This document shows, piece after piece, positions 13,711 through 27,156 of a stretch of DNA of 64,000 bases. The translations under genes and the position numbers were made by a program. The stretch covers positions 35,278,001 to 35,342,000 of the forward strand of contig OX597827.1 in NCBI GenBank assembly GCA_951406725.2, read 5' to 3'. Numbering within the stretch: the first letter of the stretch is position 1; each line of letters opens with the position of its first letter. This DNA is from Octopus vulgaris. Taxonomy: Eukaryota. Under the pieces are notes generated by a model. It was not told the DNA's origin and ran no database searches. It saw nothing but the letters and a program-made list of their open reading frames with translations.

Positions 13711-14230
13711 TGGGCTGGAAAGTTCATAGGCTGACTATGAAGGATTAATGCTAGAGCTGTCAAATTTTGCATGCATTAATTTCAACCATTCTTATTGGTT
13801 ACTGCATTGTTTCTTTCCAGCTGAATTTGCGACTGACTGTTCAAAGACAACTTCAAAAGTAACTAGTAGCGATTTCTTGAAAATGTCAAAATATGGCATC
13901 GTCTTGTTATCAAGTACCTGCAGAAAAAGGGTTTAGCCCCCAAGGACATTCATGCTGACACAGTATCTATATTAGGGGATGACACTCTAGAGTACAAAAG
14001 TGGGCAGCTGAATTTGGGGTGGGTGGGGAGGAAGAGTCTTCAAGATAACCTAATGTCTGGACATCCTGCAACTGCTACCACTGAAAAAACATTGTGTTCA
14101 CCACATGGTGATAGATGACAGGTGATTAACTATAAATCAAATAGCCTGGGCTATTAGCATACCTTATGAGAGAGTTGAGAATATTCTGAACTATGAACTT
14201 GGCATGATGAAAGTTTCTGCTCATCAGGTG
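13705..14230 (+). mobile_element. Mariner 5' remnant
   Basis: cgaggggtgggctggaaagttc TIR-like start followed by a decayed HTH (VIKYLQKKGLAPKDIHAD). Confidence 0.6.
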
Positions 14231-14329
14231 TATAAAGTGTAACAGATTGTGCCACTTCCACAAATTATTGTGCCTGTGCTGAAAAGAGGAGCAGTGCCAC
14301 ATGACATGAGAGGCTATGATATTGTTATC

Positions 14330-14870
14330 CTGCATAAGAGCGAAGGTGGGCAGAAGCAGCTGTAGTAATTACAGAGGAATCTCTTTACTGAGCATCATTG
14401 GGAAGGTCTTTGCTTGCATGGTCTTAAATAGTTTGCAAAAAATGACTGAAAGAGTCTCAGTATAGCTCCATCCCTTCAACAGCTACAAGAAAAATGCAGA
14501 CAGCAAAGAACCTCTCTGTGTCACTTTTGTTGACCTCATGAAAGCTTATGACCTTGTAAGTAGAAACAGCTTGTTCAAAATCCTTGCTAAAATTAGATAT
14601 CCTCCGAGCTTACTTAGGATTATCCATTCAGTCTATGCAGACATGAAAGATATTATATAGCTTGATGGCTCTTCCTTGGAAATCCTCACCACTTGCAGTG
14701 GAATAAAGCAGGGCTTGCCCCGACTCTGTTTGACATCCTCAATTGCTATCATGCTGAAGCACATTTTTGAAACATCAAGTAACAGTGTTTATCTTAACAT
14801 AAAATGAAACAAGAAACTGCTCCATTCATCTTGACTGAGGGTGAAAACCATAGCACACTTAGGTATGCCT
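14330..14870 (+). mobile_element. RTE-BovB-like RT fragment
   Basis: Manual translation QLQEKCRQQRTSLCVTFVDLMKAYDLVSRNSLFKILAKIRYPP...GIKQG. Confidence 0.62.
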
Positions 14871-15671
14871 CATCATCTGCAAACAAGAAAAACGTCTGGT
14901 ATGATAAAAACAAATTCCAAGAGATGATGTTTATTGAGGCTACATCCAAAGGTGAAATAGCCTGCAAATTTAGATAGTACTACATGACACAAAACTTTAA
15001 AATCTATTAAATCATTACTGTGTGAGTCATAACCATTTAAAAAGATACCTTGAACCAACAACAACAGCCGTAAAATATGCACAACAAATTCAGAAATAAA
15101 CTGCATAACTAGAGGTGTGTGCTGTATGAGATGCTTGGAGAAGAATTGTAAAAAGACCACCACAAACTACCTTGGAATGGATTGCAGAACACTAAGAGAA
15201 ATACCAGGGAAGAAAATAAACATCTGTATTCTATCAACATACCGTATTGAAACACAATGGCTTGATGATAAATATTGAAGTAAAAATTCTTACCAGATAT
15301 CCTGAAGACCCAACCTTATGACAGATTACAAAAGCTGTACAAATACATTCAGCTGAGCTCTTCCCTCCCGCATACTTAATATGAAGAACATGAAGCTTAA
15401 CATCTCCCACCACCCTGCTAGTGACAACCTACCAATACATTGATTCTAGAATAAGGATAAAATAAATTTTAAAAAAACCATCTAAAATCAGCTAACACCC
15501 ACACCTACTGATGCTAGCAATGAGAAAGCAAAGAGAAGCTAGTTTAAGTGAAGGTATCCTCAGCTCACATACTTACATGCTTTCTACAATGGAGATATGA
15601 CAAAGGGGGAAAAAATCAGATGGAGAGTAAATAGTAAACATGTTGAAGAAAAATAAGCATGTAAGTATATA

Positions 15672-16077
15672 GGCGCAGGAGTGGCTGTGTGGTAAGTAGC
15701 TTGCGTACCAACCAAATGGTTCTGGGTTCAGTCCCACTGTGTGGCACCTTGGACAAGTGTCTTCTACTATAGCCTCGGGTCGACCAAAGCCTTGTGAGTG
15801 GATTTGGTAGACGGAAACTGAAAGAAACCCGTCGTATATATGTATATATATATACATATATATTTGTGTATATATTTGTTTGTCTGTGTTTGTCCCCCCA
15901 ACATCGCTTGACAACCGATGCTGGTGTGTTTACGTCCCAGTAACTTAGCGGTTCGGCAAAAGAGACCGATAGAATAAGTACTAGGCTTACAAAGAATAAG
16001 TCCTGGGGTCGATTTGCTCAACTAAAGGCGGTGCTCCAGCATGGCCACAGTCAAATGACTGAAACAAGTAAAAGAGT
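15672..16077 (+). mobile_element. tRNA-derived CORE-like SINE family B; representative copy
   Basis: A-box tggctgtgtggt, B-box gggttcagtccc, CORE-like accttggacaagtgtctt and an internal TA tract. Other copies: ~6410-6840, 35120-35630, 56075-56490 (-) and 13435-13635, 33090-33280, 38200-38830 (+). Confidence 0.8.
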
Positions 16078-16457
16078 ATATCCATTGAGGAAATTACAGA
16101 TTGGTGTAGTGAAATATATTTTTGGGGTCATTAACAAACAGCAAAGGCTTTGGTAAAAGATATGAAATATGTTCTAAAACAATGCAACTGGTGAGTGTGT
16201 TTATAGGTATTATTAATGATGGCTCATCCCAAATATAACTGTATATATATATGTGTGTGTATATATCATCATCATCATTTAGCGTCCGCTTTCCATGCTA
16301 GCATGGGTTGGATGGTTCAACTGGGGTCTGTGAAGCCAGAAGGCTGCATCAGGCCCAGTCTGATCTGGCAGTGTTTCTACGGCTGGATGCCCTTCCTAAA
16401 GCCAACCACTCCGTGAGTGTAGTGGGTGCTTTTTACGTGCCATATATATATATATAA

Positions 16458-17520
16458 GGTCATCCCATAATTTCTGTCCAAATTTTGAATGAAGAAAACA
16501 AGTGATCAAATGTTATATTTAATTGAAATTTAATCATCAATGTACTTTCCCTGATTATCTATGTCTTCCTTCAATCTATTTACAAGATTTTTAATCCCAT
16601 CAATGTAAAACTTTTGGTTTCAAAGCGAAGAACTCCGAAATGTCAATTTCAACCTTCTCCTGGCTTGCCAAAGTTATGTCCCTCAAATGATTCCATAAAC
16701 TATGAAACAAATGGTAGTCTGAAGGAGCAAGATCGGGAGAATAAGGTGGATGAGGAATTTTTTCCCAGCCAAGCTCTTCGATCTTCTGTGATCTTTGCTG
16801 TGTGGGGTCGTGTATTGTCCTGATGAAACATCACTCCTTTTTGATTCATTAAAACGTGTCTTTTTTTCTTCAAAGCTTGGTCCAAATGCTCTAATTGCTG
16901 ACAGTAGACTTCAACATTGATTGTTGCATTAGGTGGTAACAATTCAAAGTGAATTACTCCTTTGCAATCCCACCAGATAGAGGGAAGAACCTTTTTTCCA
17001 TGAAGTTCCCTTCTCGGTTGTGGTTGAGCTTTTTCCCTTTTACCAAGCTACTGTTTACGACGTTTAACATTTTAATAGAAGATCCATTTATTGTCACCAA
17101 TTACAAGTCTATCCAAAAAGGGTAAAATTAGTTCACGAGAATGGAGAGAAGAGCAGATGTCAACTTGGGATTTGCAGTTGCTTTCGGACAATTCATGAGG
17201 CACCCATTTTCCAAGTTTAGGAACCTTTCCAAGTTGTTGAAGATGATGATGAACAGTTGTATGGTTTAAACTAAGCTTTGTTGCCAGTTCTTCAACTGAT
17301 AATGCAGGATTTTCTTCAAGTAATGCCTCAAGGAGCTTATCATCAAACTCAACTGGACGTCCTGTTCGATCTTCATTTTCAAGGCTGAAATCTCCACTTC
17401 TGAATTTTGCAAACCATCTTCTGCAAATTCTTTCATTCAAGCATTCTTTCTCATAAACTGAGTGTATGTTTCGAGTCGCTTTGGCTGCAGAGTTTCCTTT
17501 TTTGTACTCATAAATGTATC
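16458..17520 (-). mobile_element. Mariner transposase pseudogene
   Basis: CRRWFAKFRSGDFSLENEDRTGRP...GKWVPHEL...LDRLVIGDNKWIFY and TINVEVYCQQLEHL...FHQDNTRPHTA. Confidence 0.85.
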
Positions 17521-17529
17521 CATTTCAAC

Positions 17530-17850
17530 AAGTGTATCATCTATGTATATAGTGCATATAAGTATTGCAGCCTACTTTATTTTGGGGTGTCTCTGTATGT
17601 TTTCTATTTTGATATCTATTGTGATATTGGGATTTTAATGAACAAACTTTCTACCTCTAAGGTGGAGATAGTACCTTTTATAATGGTTTCTTCTAAAATC
17701 TGTAAAAATTCTTCAGATGACCTTATACTATATTTCTCTGGTGTACGTCTTTTGATAATATTGCCTATGTATTTGGCAATTGAATATGTAGGTGTATTTA
17801 TTTGGGCTGTAATGTCCCTGAAGAGGTTGCTTTGTTTGTGTATTGTGTTT
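17530..17850 (-). mobile_element. Penelope-like reverse transcriptase fragment
   Basis: Manual minus-strand translation TIHKQSNLFRDITAQINTPTYSIAKYIGNII...YSIRSSEEFLQIL...ISTLEVESLFIKIP matches the PLE RT motif KxHK..PLRPII...PTY.LAK...SLDVxSLFTNVP. Confidence 0.68.
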
Positions 17851-17974
17851 TTTCTCTTGATAAAAACTACAGCATCATTCTTGTCAATGGTGTATATATG
17901 TTAGGTATGATACATAGATTGTTGTTTTAATGTAGTGATGTTTCAAATGCATACACTGAGCATATATGTTTATA

Positions 17975-19960
17975 AGACCAAGGTCCTAGTTAGCAAGAAG
18001 CCAGACTGGATCCTACCTCTTTCATGTAAATAACCCTGCTCGATATGGAAAGACACCAGCAACAATGCTTCTCTCACTACACTAGCGCTCTGCAGCACAT
18101 GTACACGAATATTGCACATCCAGTGGAACATAGAGAGCTTCACTCCTTTTTAGCCTTCTGCATTCAGAGCCCATATCTTGCTAACATGAGGCACTGCTTT
18201 TCATACACATGCAGCATACAATCTTCATTTCACTCAGAAGCAGTGGAGGAAGTTATACCAAAAGTGTAATTGCTGGAATAAGAATGGGATGGAGAAAGTT
18301 CAGAGAGCTTTTACAACTGTTGGTAACCAAAGGTTTCTCTCTCTTTCACTGAGTGAAATGAAGATTGTATGTTGCATGTGTATGAAAAGCAGTGCCTCAT
18401 GGTAGCAAGGTATGGGCTCTGAATGCAGAAGGCTAAAAAGAAATGAAGCTCTCTATGTTCCACTGGATGTGCAATATTCGTGTACATGTGCTGCAGAACG
18501 CTAGTGTAGTGAGAGAAGCATTGTTGCTGGTGTCTTTGTAAAGTGGTTGGTGTTAGGAAGGGCATCCAGTTGGTTCACTTACACTTAGTGATTCTGGAAA
18601 GAAAGAGCATAGTAGCATTACTGTGAAAGGTTACCAAATGTGGAGAAAATACAGATGGAGAGTCTTCTCAATGTGGATCCAACAGAGGTACCTGCTACCT
18701 TAGCATTAGACAAAATAATTAAAGGTATGAAGGCTACAAAAAAAAAAGCCACTGGTCCATCAGGAATTACTATCAACATGCTTAAAGCATTTGGCACAGT
18801 AGGATATAGCCTTGTCACCCAGATAGTTAATCAGCTTATACAGGAAGGTAACATGCCCAATGGTTGGCATAGCAACATTCATGTCAACTGTTACAAGGAT
18901 AAAGGAAATGCCTCAGAAAGAAGTAATTACAGAGGTATCAAATTACTGGACCAGATCATGAAAGTTATGAAAGAGTTATAAACTCCAATTAATTAGGAAG
19001 AGAGTTAGTCCAAATGAGATGCAGTTTGGTTTTGTGCCAGAGAGTGTTATTGATGTTTTCTTTGTAGTAAGATAACTGCAGAAGTAAGCATGAAGAAAAG
19101 CCTTCAACAAGGTTCTTCACTCAGTGATATGGTTGTCTCTGAGGAAGCTATGGATTAATGATTGGTTTGCGAGAGTCGTACAAGCCATGTATAGGGATGC
19201 TATTAGTAAGGAGAGAGTTAACAATATGTGTAGGAAAGGTGTAGTAGAAATGTGGTGTACCCTGTGCAAGTTATGGGCACACTAAAGGAATTACAAGAAG
19301 GTTGAAGGAGGAAGTAGACTTTGCATGTGGTTGATGTATAGGGACAATAAACACTTATAACACCTGGAAAGTGGATTCTCTCAAATGGCCAGTATTTTCC
19401 CTAGAGGTAGTTGATAGTTTCTGTTACTTAGGTGACCCAATTAGCAGTGGAGGAGGAAGTTCTGAGAGTAAAGTTGCTGGAATAAGAATAGGATGGAGAG
19501 GGTTCAGAAAGTTATCATCTTTATTGGAAACAAAAGATCTCTCCTTCAGAGTGAAAAGCAGATTGTACAAAGACTGTGTATGAACTGCAATACTGCATAG
19601 TAGTGAGATGTAGACCTTGAACGTTGATAAGAGAAGACCAGAAAGGAATGATGCTTATATGCTCTGATGGTTGTGCAACATTAGTGTGCATATGCATCAA
19701 AGTGCAAATGTGTTGAGAGAAATCTTGCACATAGGTGGAATCAGATGTGTGCTGGTGTCATCCATGTGTTGTATATGGATGATGACAGATGTATAAAAAA
19801 TGCTGGTCATTGAAGGTAGATGGAACTTGTGGAAGAGGGAGACCCAGGAAGATATGGGATGGAGTAGTAAAGGCTGATCTCCAGATGCTGAGCTTCACAG
19901 TGGAGATGATAAAGGACCAAGTTAATTTTTTTCCTTTTTTGCCGTGCTCATGAAAACCCC
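17975..19960 (+). mobile_element. Cluster of decayed RTE fragments, including an inverted duplication
   Basis: KATGPSGIT.NML, CYKDKGNASERSNYRGIKLLDQ and EVVDSFCYLGD.ISSGGGSSES. Confidence 0.78.
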
Positions 19961-20500
19961 TACGTCATATTGAAAGTGAGGTCCTAAAATCATAATGTGT
20001 GTATCTATACACTCACTGGGCATCGTCCCCATCAAACTTTCCCACCTCTCATCTTCCTAACACCTATCCCTCTATCAGTTCTAACAGTGGCATTATTCAA
20101 CTGCTGAATTGAATTCAGCCTTACATATTTCATCCTCTTTGTGCTATTAGTGACCTCCCCCTCTCCTTGAATCACTTCCTTTAGCATTCATCACTCATTT
20201 CTCAATATCGTTACCTCGCATTTTACATTCCACTGGCATCCCTTTCTATACCTCCAGTTATCTCTTACTCTCTTCTGAGCTACAGCTTTGGCTTGCTATA
20301 TCTTATCTTTAACACTCTCTCACATCTCCTGACACTCTCAACAGCCCTCTCATATGAACTATCATTCCCAACACCCTCTCTTCATACTGTTTGTATTCTT
20401 GTTTAATTTATTTAGCTTCTTTTTTTTCTTTTTCAGCTAGTTCTGTATGAAGGGACCAGATGACAACCATTAACCTCCTGATGCCCATAACACTGTAGTT

Positions 20501-20651
20501 ATGCCTCGCCGAAAATCAGCAGAAAGCCTAAAGAAGCAATGCCTTCACAGCATTGCTTTTAACATGGACAAGATGTTGAGCTCGGATTTCTATTCTAGTT
20601 TCCCAGTGGGTCCGCGTCTCTACTATGTTATCGGACCATTTAGCTGCCTCA
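20501..20651 (+). CDS. Coding exon 1 of a BC-box-like / leucine-rich-repeat (AMN1/FBXL-like) protein gene
   Basis: Strong acceptor (tttttttctttttcag) ends at 20436. An in-frame TAA at 20471 lies upstream of ATG 20501. Encodes MPRRKSAESLKKQCLHSIAF...GPFSCL. Donor a|gtaagt at 20652 (phase 1) matches exon 2. Confidence 0.85.
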
Positions 20652-22016
20652 GTAAGTATTTTGACATTTGCAGTATTACACCTAAATTTCTCAGCACAGA
20701 AATCCTTTATTAACCTTCTCATATTTTGTATAGCTTTGTCCTTCACTGCAGTTTGATCAGGCCATTCTCTTTTTGTCTCAAAGTGTGTGTGTGTGTGTAA
20801 GTACACACACACACTGTATTATTCTGCAACTCACCATCCCTTTATACTGCCAGTCATCACTTTCTCTCCTCTGTGCCACATCTACTGATAGCCGTCCCTC
20901 ATTCTTACCATCTTCCAAAATTCTCCAACACTTACTCTTCCTGATCTTCTAACCCCTCACGCTCTCCTATTTACTTTTGTGATTCATAGAGGCGGTGAGC
21001 TGGCAGAAACATTAGCACGGTGGGCGAAATGCATAGCTGCATTTCATCTGCTGTTACGTTCTGAGTTCAAATTCCGCCGAGGTCGACTTTGCCTTTCATC
21101 CTTTCGGGGTTGATAAATAAAGTACCAGTTTCACACTGGGGTCGATGTAATCGACTTAATCCCTTTGTCTGTCCTTGTTTGTTCTCTCTATGTTTAGCCC
21201 CTTATGGGCAATAAAGAAATATATTTACTTTTGTGATTCTTGATGGTACACTATTACACCACCACACCATATTTACTGCCACCGCCCTAATATAATTTCA
21301 GTTAGCCATGTATCTCCTCTACAACAACAAACCTGTTTCTGCCGTCTATCATACTTTTCTCAACACTTTACATAAAGCTGCCACCCTTTTTACTTTCCTT
21401 TCTCTCAGTTGATGGTCTCTTTAGTCTTGCAGATTACATGGGGACTTCACCTGTGCTGGTGCCATAAAGAAAAGCACCCTGTACATTCTGTAAAGTAGTT
21501 GGAATTAGGAAAGGCTCCTGACGACAGAAATCATGCTAAAACTGAAACATTGGAGTAAGACATGGTCCTCTGACCCATTGGATCCTCTTGAACTGTCCTA
21601 CCTGTGCAGGCATGGAAAGTAGACAAGATATGATGAGGATAGTGATGAGAATATAGTGTGCAGACATGACTGTATGGTTAAGAATTTCTCTGAATCTGCT
21701 ATTTCTAGCACATCAAGCTCTGTATAAAAGCTTCCTTAACTAGACGTAATCTGGAGTTTTGAATCAGTGACAAATCCACTTTATTTAAATATCTAATGTC
21801 CATGGGAAGATGTGAATGTCACTATGCAACACTTCCTTGCCAACTACTTACTCAAAATTTGATTTCATTCACCTCTTTCTGCTCACAAAGTGATTGTAAA
21901 GACATTCTTTATATTTGTTTCGTGTATAATGCAATAGCTAAATCTTGAACTAATTTCATACTATTTTGTATATAAGATGCCTTAGCTTAAATCTGTACTA
22001 ATTACTGTATGTGGAT

Positions 22017-22443
22017 CTTTTCGGTTTGAACGGCAGTTTTTTCTAGCGGTGTCATATGAAATTGTCACCCATAATTATGACCCTAGTATCGATCTATTGC
22101 ATTTCAATCTGGGTTAGGGGGAAGGGTATCTTTTTTTCTTCAGAAATGTAAATAAACCCAATCTGTTTCTTAAATGAGGGACATATTCATATGGCACAGA
22201 ATGTTTTCTCCTCAATAGACGTCTGCCCCAGCATGGCCACAGTCCAATGACTGAAACAAGTAAAAGATAAAAAAAAGATAAAACTGAAGTAAAAAGACAA
22301 CAAATATCTTACAAACTATAGAATTTTCTCAATAAAGCCAAGAGAAAAAGATGTTTTATAAACACATTCTACTAGTATACAAAGTTTAAAAGTGTTTAGT
22401 TACGTGGAAATTATTTTAAAAAACTGCCGTTCAAACTGAAAGG
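22017..22443. mobile_element. MITE with ~26-bp TIRs
   Basis: cttttcggtttgaacggcagtttttt ... aaaaaactgccgttcaaactgaaagg. A related fragment lies at ~47230-47435. Confidence 0.72.
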
Positions 22444-22896
22444 TATTACACACCACACTGATGGCTAAAATGCACTCTAATTATTAGATTATAATAATCT
22501 AATTGTTTAACATCTGTTTTACTATCCCAGCATCGATTTGACTAGGAATCATTTTTATGATTGGATGCTGTCTCTGTTGCCAATCCTTACCTGCTTTACT
22601 GATTTAAGGAATTTTTTTTTTTGCTCCAGAGCTCTTTAAAAACACACTGTAACTGGTCATAACATTAACATCACCACTGTGAGGAGCTCGAACTATTAGC
22701 ATTCATACACATACTTATATGTGTGCATACACATACACAACAACAACAGTGGGCTTCCTGCAGTTTCCTTCTCCCAAAATTCACTCACTTAGCCAAGCTG
22801 CTATGAACTAGGAGTAAACCTCAAGCCATATGGTTGTGAAATGAACCTCTTAACCTCACAGCCATGCCTGCTCCTGTACTATATTACACATTTATA

Positions 22897-23308
22897 TCTC
22901 ATCTCATCTCATCTCATCTCATCTCATCTCATCTCATCTCACTATATATAAACGGCAGTTTGTCTGTGCGTGTTTCTGTGTGTCTGTTTGCTTGTACCCT
23001 CACCCCGACCACGGCTTTCAACCGATTCTGATGAAACTTGACACACACATAGCCCAATGTCATAATTCAAAACTAACGCAGCGAAAATTTTGAAAAGTTC
23101 CCCCAGTTCTGAAAAAAATCGATAAAATCGACATGGGGTCGAGAATCAGAAACAAACCACAGACTGTCTAGGGGACGCAACTCAACCTTTTTTAACTCAA
23201 AAAAAAATTTACCATCATTTTTTTGCTATTTTTTGGCTATAACTCTCTAAAAATGCTTATATAGTTATTTCCCTTACAAACCCGAGCAACGCCGGGCGAT
23301 ACTGCTAG
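22897..23308 (+). mobile_element. Non-autonomous Helitron-like element
   Basis: 5' TC...tatatataaa start, subterminal GC hairpin cccgagcaacgccggg, and 3' CTAG followed by T. Confidence 0.68.
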
Positions 23309-23814
23309 TTGTATATAAAACAAAACTCTGATACTAATGCTGTACCATGGTTTTTGATCAAGAAAAGGTAACTCAAGCAATTCAAAATGTATTAAAGTCA
23401 ATAACTTTATTTATCTGCAGGGTTCTAGAAATATTTGAGTTGGTGACTGAACAAGTAGTAACACCTCTGAATTTGGGTGGGACAGACCTTTAGTTCTAGT
23501 CAGAACATCCTTCTCAGAGATGGAAAACTCCAAATTCATTATCTCTAAGCTGTTTTGCTGGTAAGGCTGTGGTACATGACAGATCTCCAACTAAGGGCTG
23601 AGTAGTCTCACTGACTTTTGAAGGTTTTTGATAGCAGATGGATAAAGGATACATTCTTAAAGTGTCATATAAAAAAGCATTGTTGTGGGTACTGGTGCTG
23701 CACACAAATCACTTGTGCTGGTGCCATGTAAAAAGCACCCAATACACTCTGTTAAGTGGTTGGCATTAGGAAGGTCATCCAGCTGTAGAAACCAAGCCAA
23801 AACAGACTATGGAA

Positions 23815-24150
23815 TGAGACGTCTGCGTTGGCTGGGTCATGCCCTCCGTCGTCAACCAGGAGAATTTATCTATGAAGCAATTGCCCCAGCTTCCCTTCAG
23901 GGTTGGCAAACGTGATGTGGTGGGCAAAATAAAAAAACCTGGCTGATAACAGTCAAGGCTGATCTGGAATCAAACCTAGGCCCCCACATCTATGGCATCA
24001 CTGCTGGAATAAAGAGTGGCTGGAGATCACGCAGTCGTTAGCCTCAAATTACCAGGTCTGGTCTGCGTTTGTGAGAGATGTAGCATTGAAGATGAATGAA
24101 GCCAGCTCAACCCACCCTGGGTGAATGCTGTCTCAAAACAAGAAGACAAG
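23815..24150 (+). mobile_element. Non-LTR retrotransposon 3' fragment nested in an RTE tail
   Basis: RRLRWLGHALRR...GGQ.KTW..TVKADL C-terminal motif. It splits the RTE 3' UTR sequence. Confidence 0.6.
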
Positions 24151-25425
24151 ATGGAACCTGGTATGAGGCCCCTTAGCCTTGCCAGTTTCTGTTAAGCCAC
24201 CCAACCCATGCCAGCATGGGAAAACAGATGTTAAATGTTGATGATGAGCACTATGATAGTTTCCTGTCAAACTCTGCACAATCTCCAGTAACTCCATTTT
24301 CTAGTCTCTTCTCTGGTCATCCTGAGTGGGATATGAGACATTTTGACACAATTGTTTTGGTGTCACTGATTTGACACTGGCATATTTGACATCAGTTGTT
24401 TTAATGTTTCTTTCATTTTAATGATAATCTTGTTCTCCCTTTGTTTGTCTATGTGTCTGTCTATTGCTCTCTCTCCCTCCCTCTCTCTCTCTCTGTTTAT
24501 ATGTGTGAACATATTTCTCTCCATGTATATGAAAAGAGGTGAAATTGTTTATGCCATTTGTTTTCAGTTAATAAATTATAATCTCTCTCTCTCTTTTTCT
24601 GTTTCTGTGTATATTTCCGCACATGCATGCATGTGTGTGTGTGTTTGCCTCTAGTGCCAAAATGGGTTGACCGTCCATTCGGTTGTACCAAATCAATGTC
24701 CAAACGGCCAAGCCCAATCATTTCATTCTTTCCTCAGCATGTCTTGCTGCTGCATTCAAATGGTTCTCAACTCGAGGTTCATATATGATCCTTGAGGGTC
24801 CATATCAGATTTTGTAGTTAAGGTTTATGTGCAATAAACTGGTTATTCTCTTGCAATACACAAAGATGTTTTAACAGTTTTTTTTATGCAATTCTTAATG
24901 ATATTTAATTTTTAAAAATATAAGATTTGTTTAAACATTGAATGGTTATAAGAGACCACCTGAGTAAAATAGAGATCTATAGGTAAAAATAGCTTCATAA
25001 CCAGTTCTAGATGAATATGGATAATGTTTTGCAAGTTTTCTCCAACCCAGTATAACCACTACCACTACTACTACCTCCACCATCATCTTGCTCTTAATAC
25101 CACCCTTGTGCCACACCCTTCATATCACCATCACTACACTTTTTAATACTACAACCACTGCTTACATCATGTCATCACAATCACCACCACTGTCACCATC
25201 ACAACTAATACCTCTACCATAACCACAATCACCATCACCACCACTACCATCACCACTGTCACCATCACAAGCAATATCACCACCATCACACCCACCACCA
25301 CAATTACCATCACTGTCATCGCTTTCCCTCCACCATCATGACTATCCTCACTATCCTCACTACCACCATTACTACTACTGCCACTATCATCACTAACCCT
25401 TCTGTGTTTCTGTCCCCTGTTACAG

Positions 25426-25595
25426 CCACTGAGATGACACAAGACCTGATCAACATTCTCTCAGAGCAACGACTGCTGAAACGACATCATCTGCAAGTAT
25501 TGATCTGCACTCACTTGAAACAGCTGCAGTTAGATGTGTGTGGTTCTATAGCCAATCATGACAGTGTTGCACGTATGGTTGGTGTTAGGTGTCAG
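25426..25595 (+). CDS. Coding exon 2 of the LRR protein gene
   Basis: Branch-point-like ctaac (25393-25397), a pyrimidine tract and tacag| end at 25425. The phase-1 join A+CC gives Thr, then TEMTQDLINILSEQRLLKRHHLQVLICTHLKQLQLDVCG...VRCQ. Donor cag|gtaagt at 25596 (phase 0). Confidence 0.87.
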
Positions 25596-26087
25596 GTAAG
25601 TCACAGAGATGGCACATCATCATCATCGTTTAATGTCCGCTTTCCATGCTGGCATGGATTGGACAGTTTGACCGAAGGCTAGTGAGCCAGAAGGCTGCAC
25701 TTCCTCTTACTAGTGTTTTGTGTCCTATTTTTTAAAATTTAACTCCTGTTTTCCTACCTCTTCTGTATTTCACACACCACACCTCACTACCTCGCCTCCC
25801 CCTCCCCTCTTTATGACACCTCCACTGCTACACCACCTGATGCACATCTAGCCATCACATGTTTAAAAGGTCCACCAATTTTCTTTCCACTCCCTAGCAG
25901 TTATTGCAGCGCATTCACACATCAGTGAAGAAAGCAGAACACTTTTACAGACTTCAAAAATTCGCAGTAGAACTAGTTCCAGCATGAAATAGAATCAAGA
26001 TTTAACAATATTGCCATAATCACCATCATAGACACTGCAGTAAATACATTCAACGAGACCACAGTCAACCTCATAGACATTATAGTG

Positions 26088-26510
26088 CAGTGGTCCTCAA
26101 CCAGGGTCAATATGACCTGTGGGGGTCCATATAAGATTTTGTTCTTTAAATTTATCTGCAGTAAATTGGTTATACAAAATATTTTTGCAGTTTTTTTAAT
26201 ATGATTCCAAAATATGATTTTTTCAACATTGAATGGCTATGGGGCTCCCCTGGCACCTGTGCCGGTGGCATGTAAAAAGCACCCACTTCACTCACGGAGT
26301 GGTTAACATTAGGAAGGGCATCCAGCTGTAGAAACACTGCCAGATCAGACTGGAGCCTGGTGCAGCCTCCTGGTTTCCCAGACCCCAACTGAACCATCCA
26401 ACCCATGCTAGCATGGAAAACAGACGTTAAATGATGATGATGATGATGATGATTCAAGTAAAATAGGAATCAAAGGGGTCTATAGGTAAAAGAATGGTTG
26501 AGAGCCACTG
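26088..26510. mobile_element. hAT-type MITE with 8-bp TSD and a nested RTE tail (26250-26452)
   Basis: TIRs cagtggtcctcaacc / ggttgagagccactg. Flanks ttatagtg (26080-87) and ttacagtg (26511-18) match 7/8. A related decayed copy lies at ~24758-25005. Confidence 0.78.
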
Positions 26511-27156
26511 TTACAGTGCAATATATTCAGCAACATCACAATCACCACTACAGACACCATAGCACATACATTTAAGAACATTACAATCGCCACCATAGAT
26601 ATTGTAGTACATTCATTCAATAACACCAGAGCCACTAAAATAGAGGCTGCAGTACAATGCATTCAACAATACCACAATTACCAACTCACACACACACTGC
26701 AGTAGATTCATTCAACAACATCACAAACACCAACAAAGACTGCAGTAAATATCCTTAACAAAATAGTTACAGACATATTCAAAAAACATATCCCCAAGGT
26801 AGTATAAAAACAGAACTCCAATACTATAACAGAATGAGAGACAATCTTGACCACAACATATGATGATGAGTCTGGTAGTTTTTTATTTGATTGCTGTCTC
26901 ATAGCTAAAAAGATTTTGAGCCACAGTCCTTTTGCATTTGAGCTTAGTCTCTGAAATTATCGATTTTGATGTATATAACTTTTGTATGTTTAATTAGACT
27001 ATTAAGTGCGTATGCCACCATCCAAAATATTTCAATTTCGTGTCCACTATAATTAACAGATATTTGCTTAAATGCTATAAAATTTATAGCCTGAATTTAA
27101 TAATCTAATTGTCTTTGCATATAAATTAATGCATGTATTTTTTTGTTTATTTGTAG

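Noticed and set aside
17407-17904. 165-aa hydrophobic + strand ORF
   Set aside because: Antisense shadow of PLE RT and mariner remnants.
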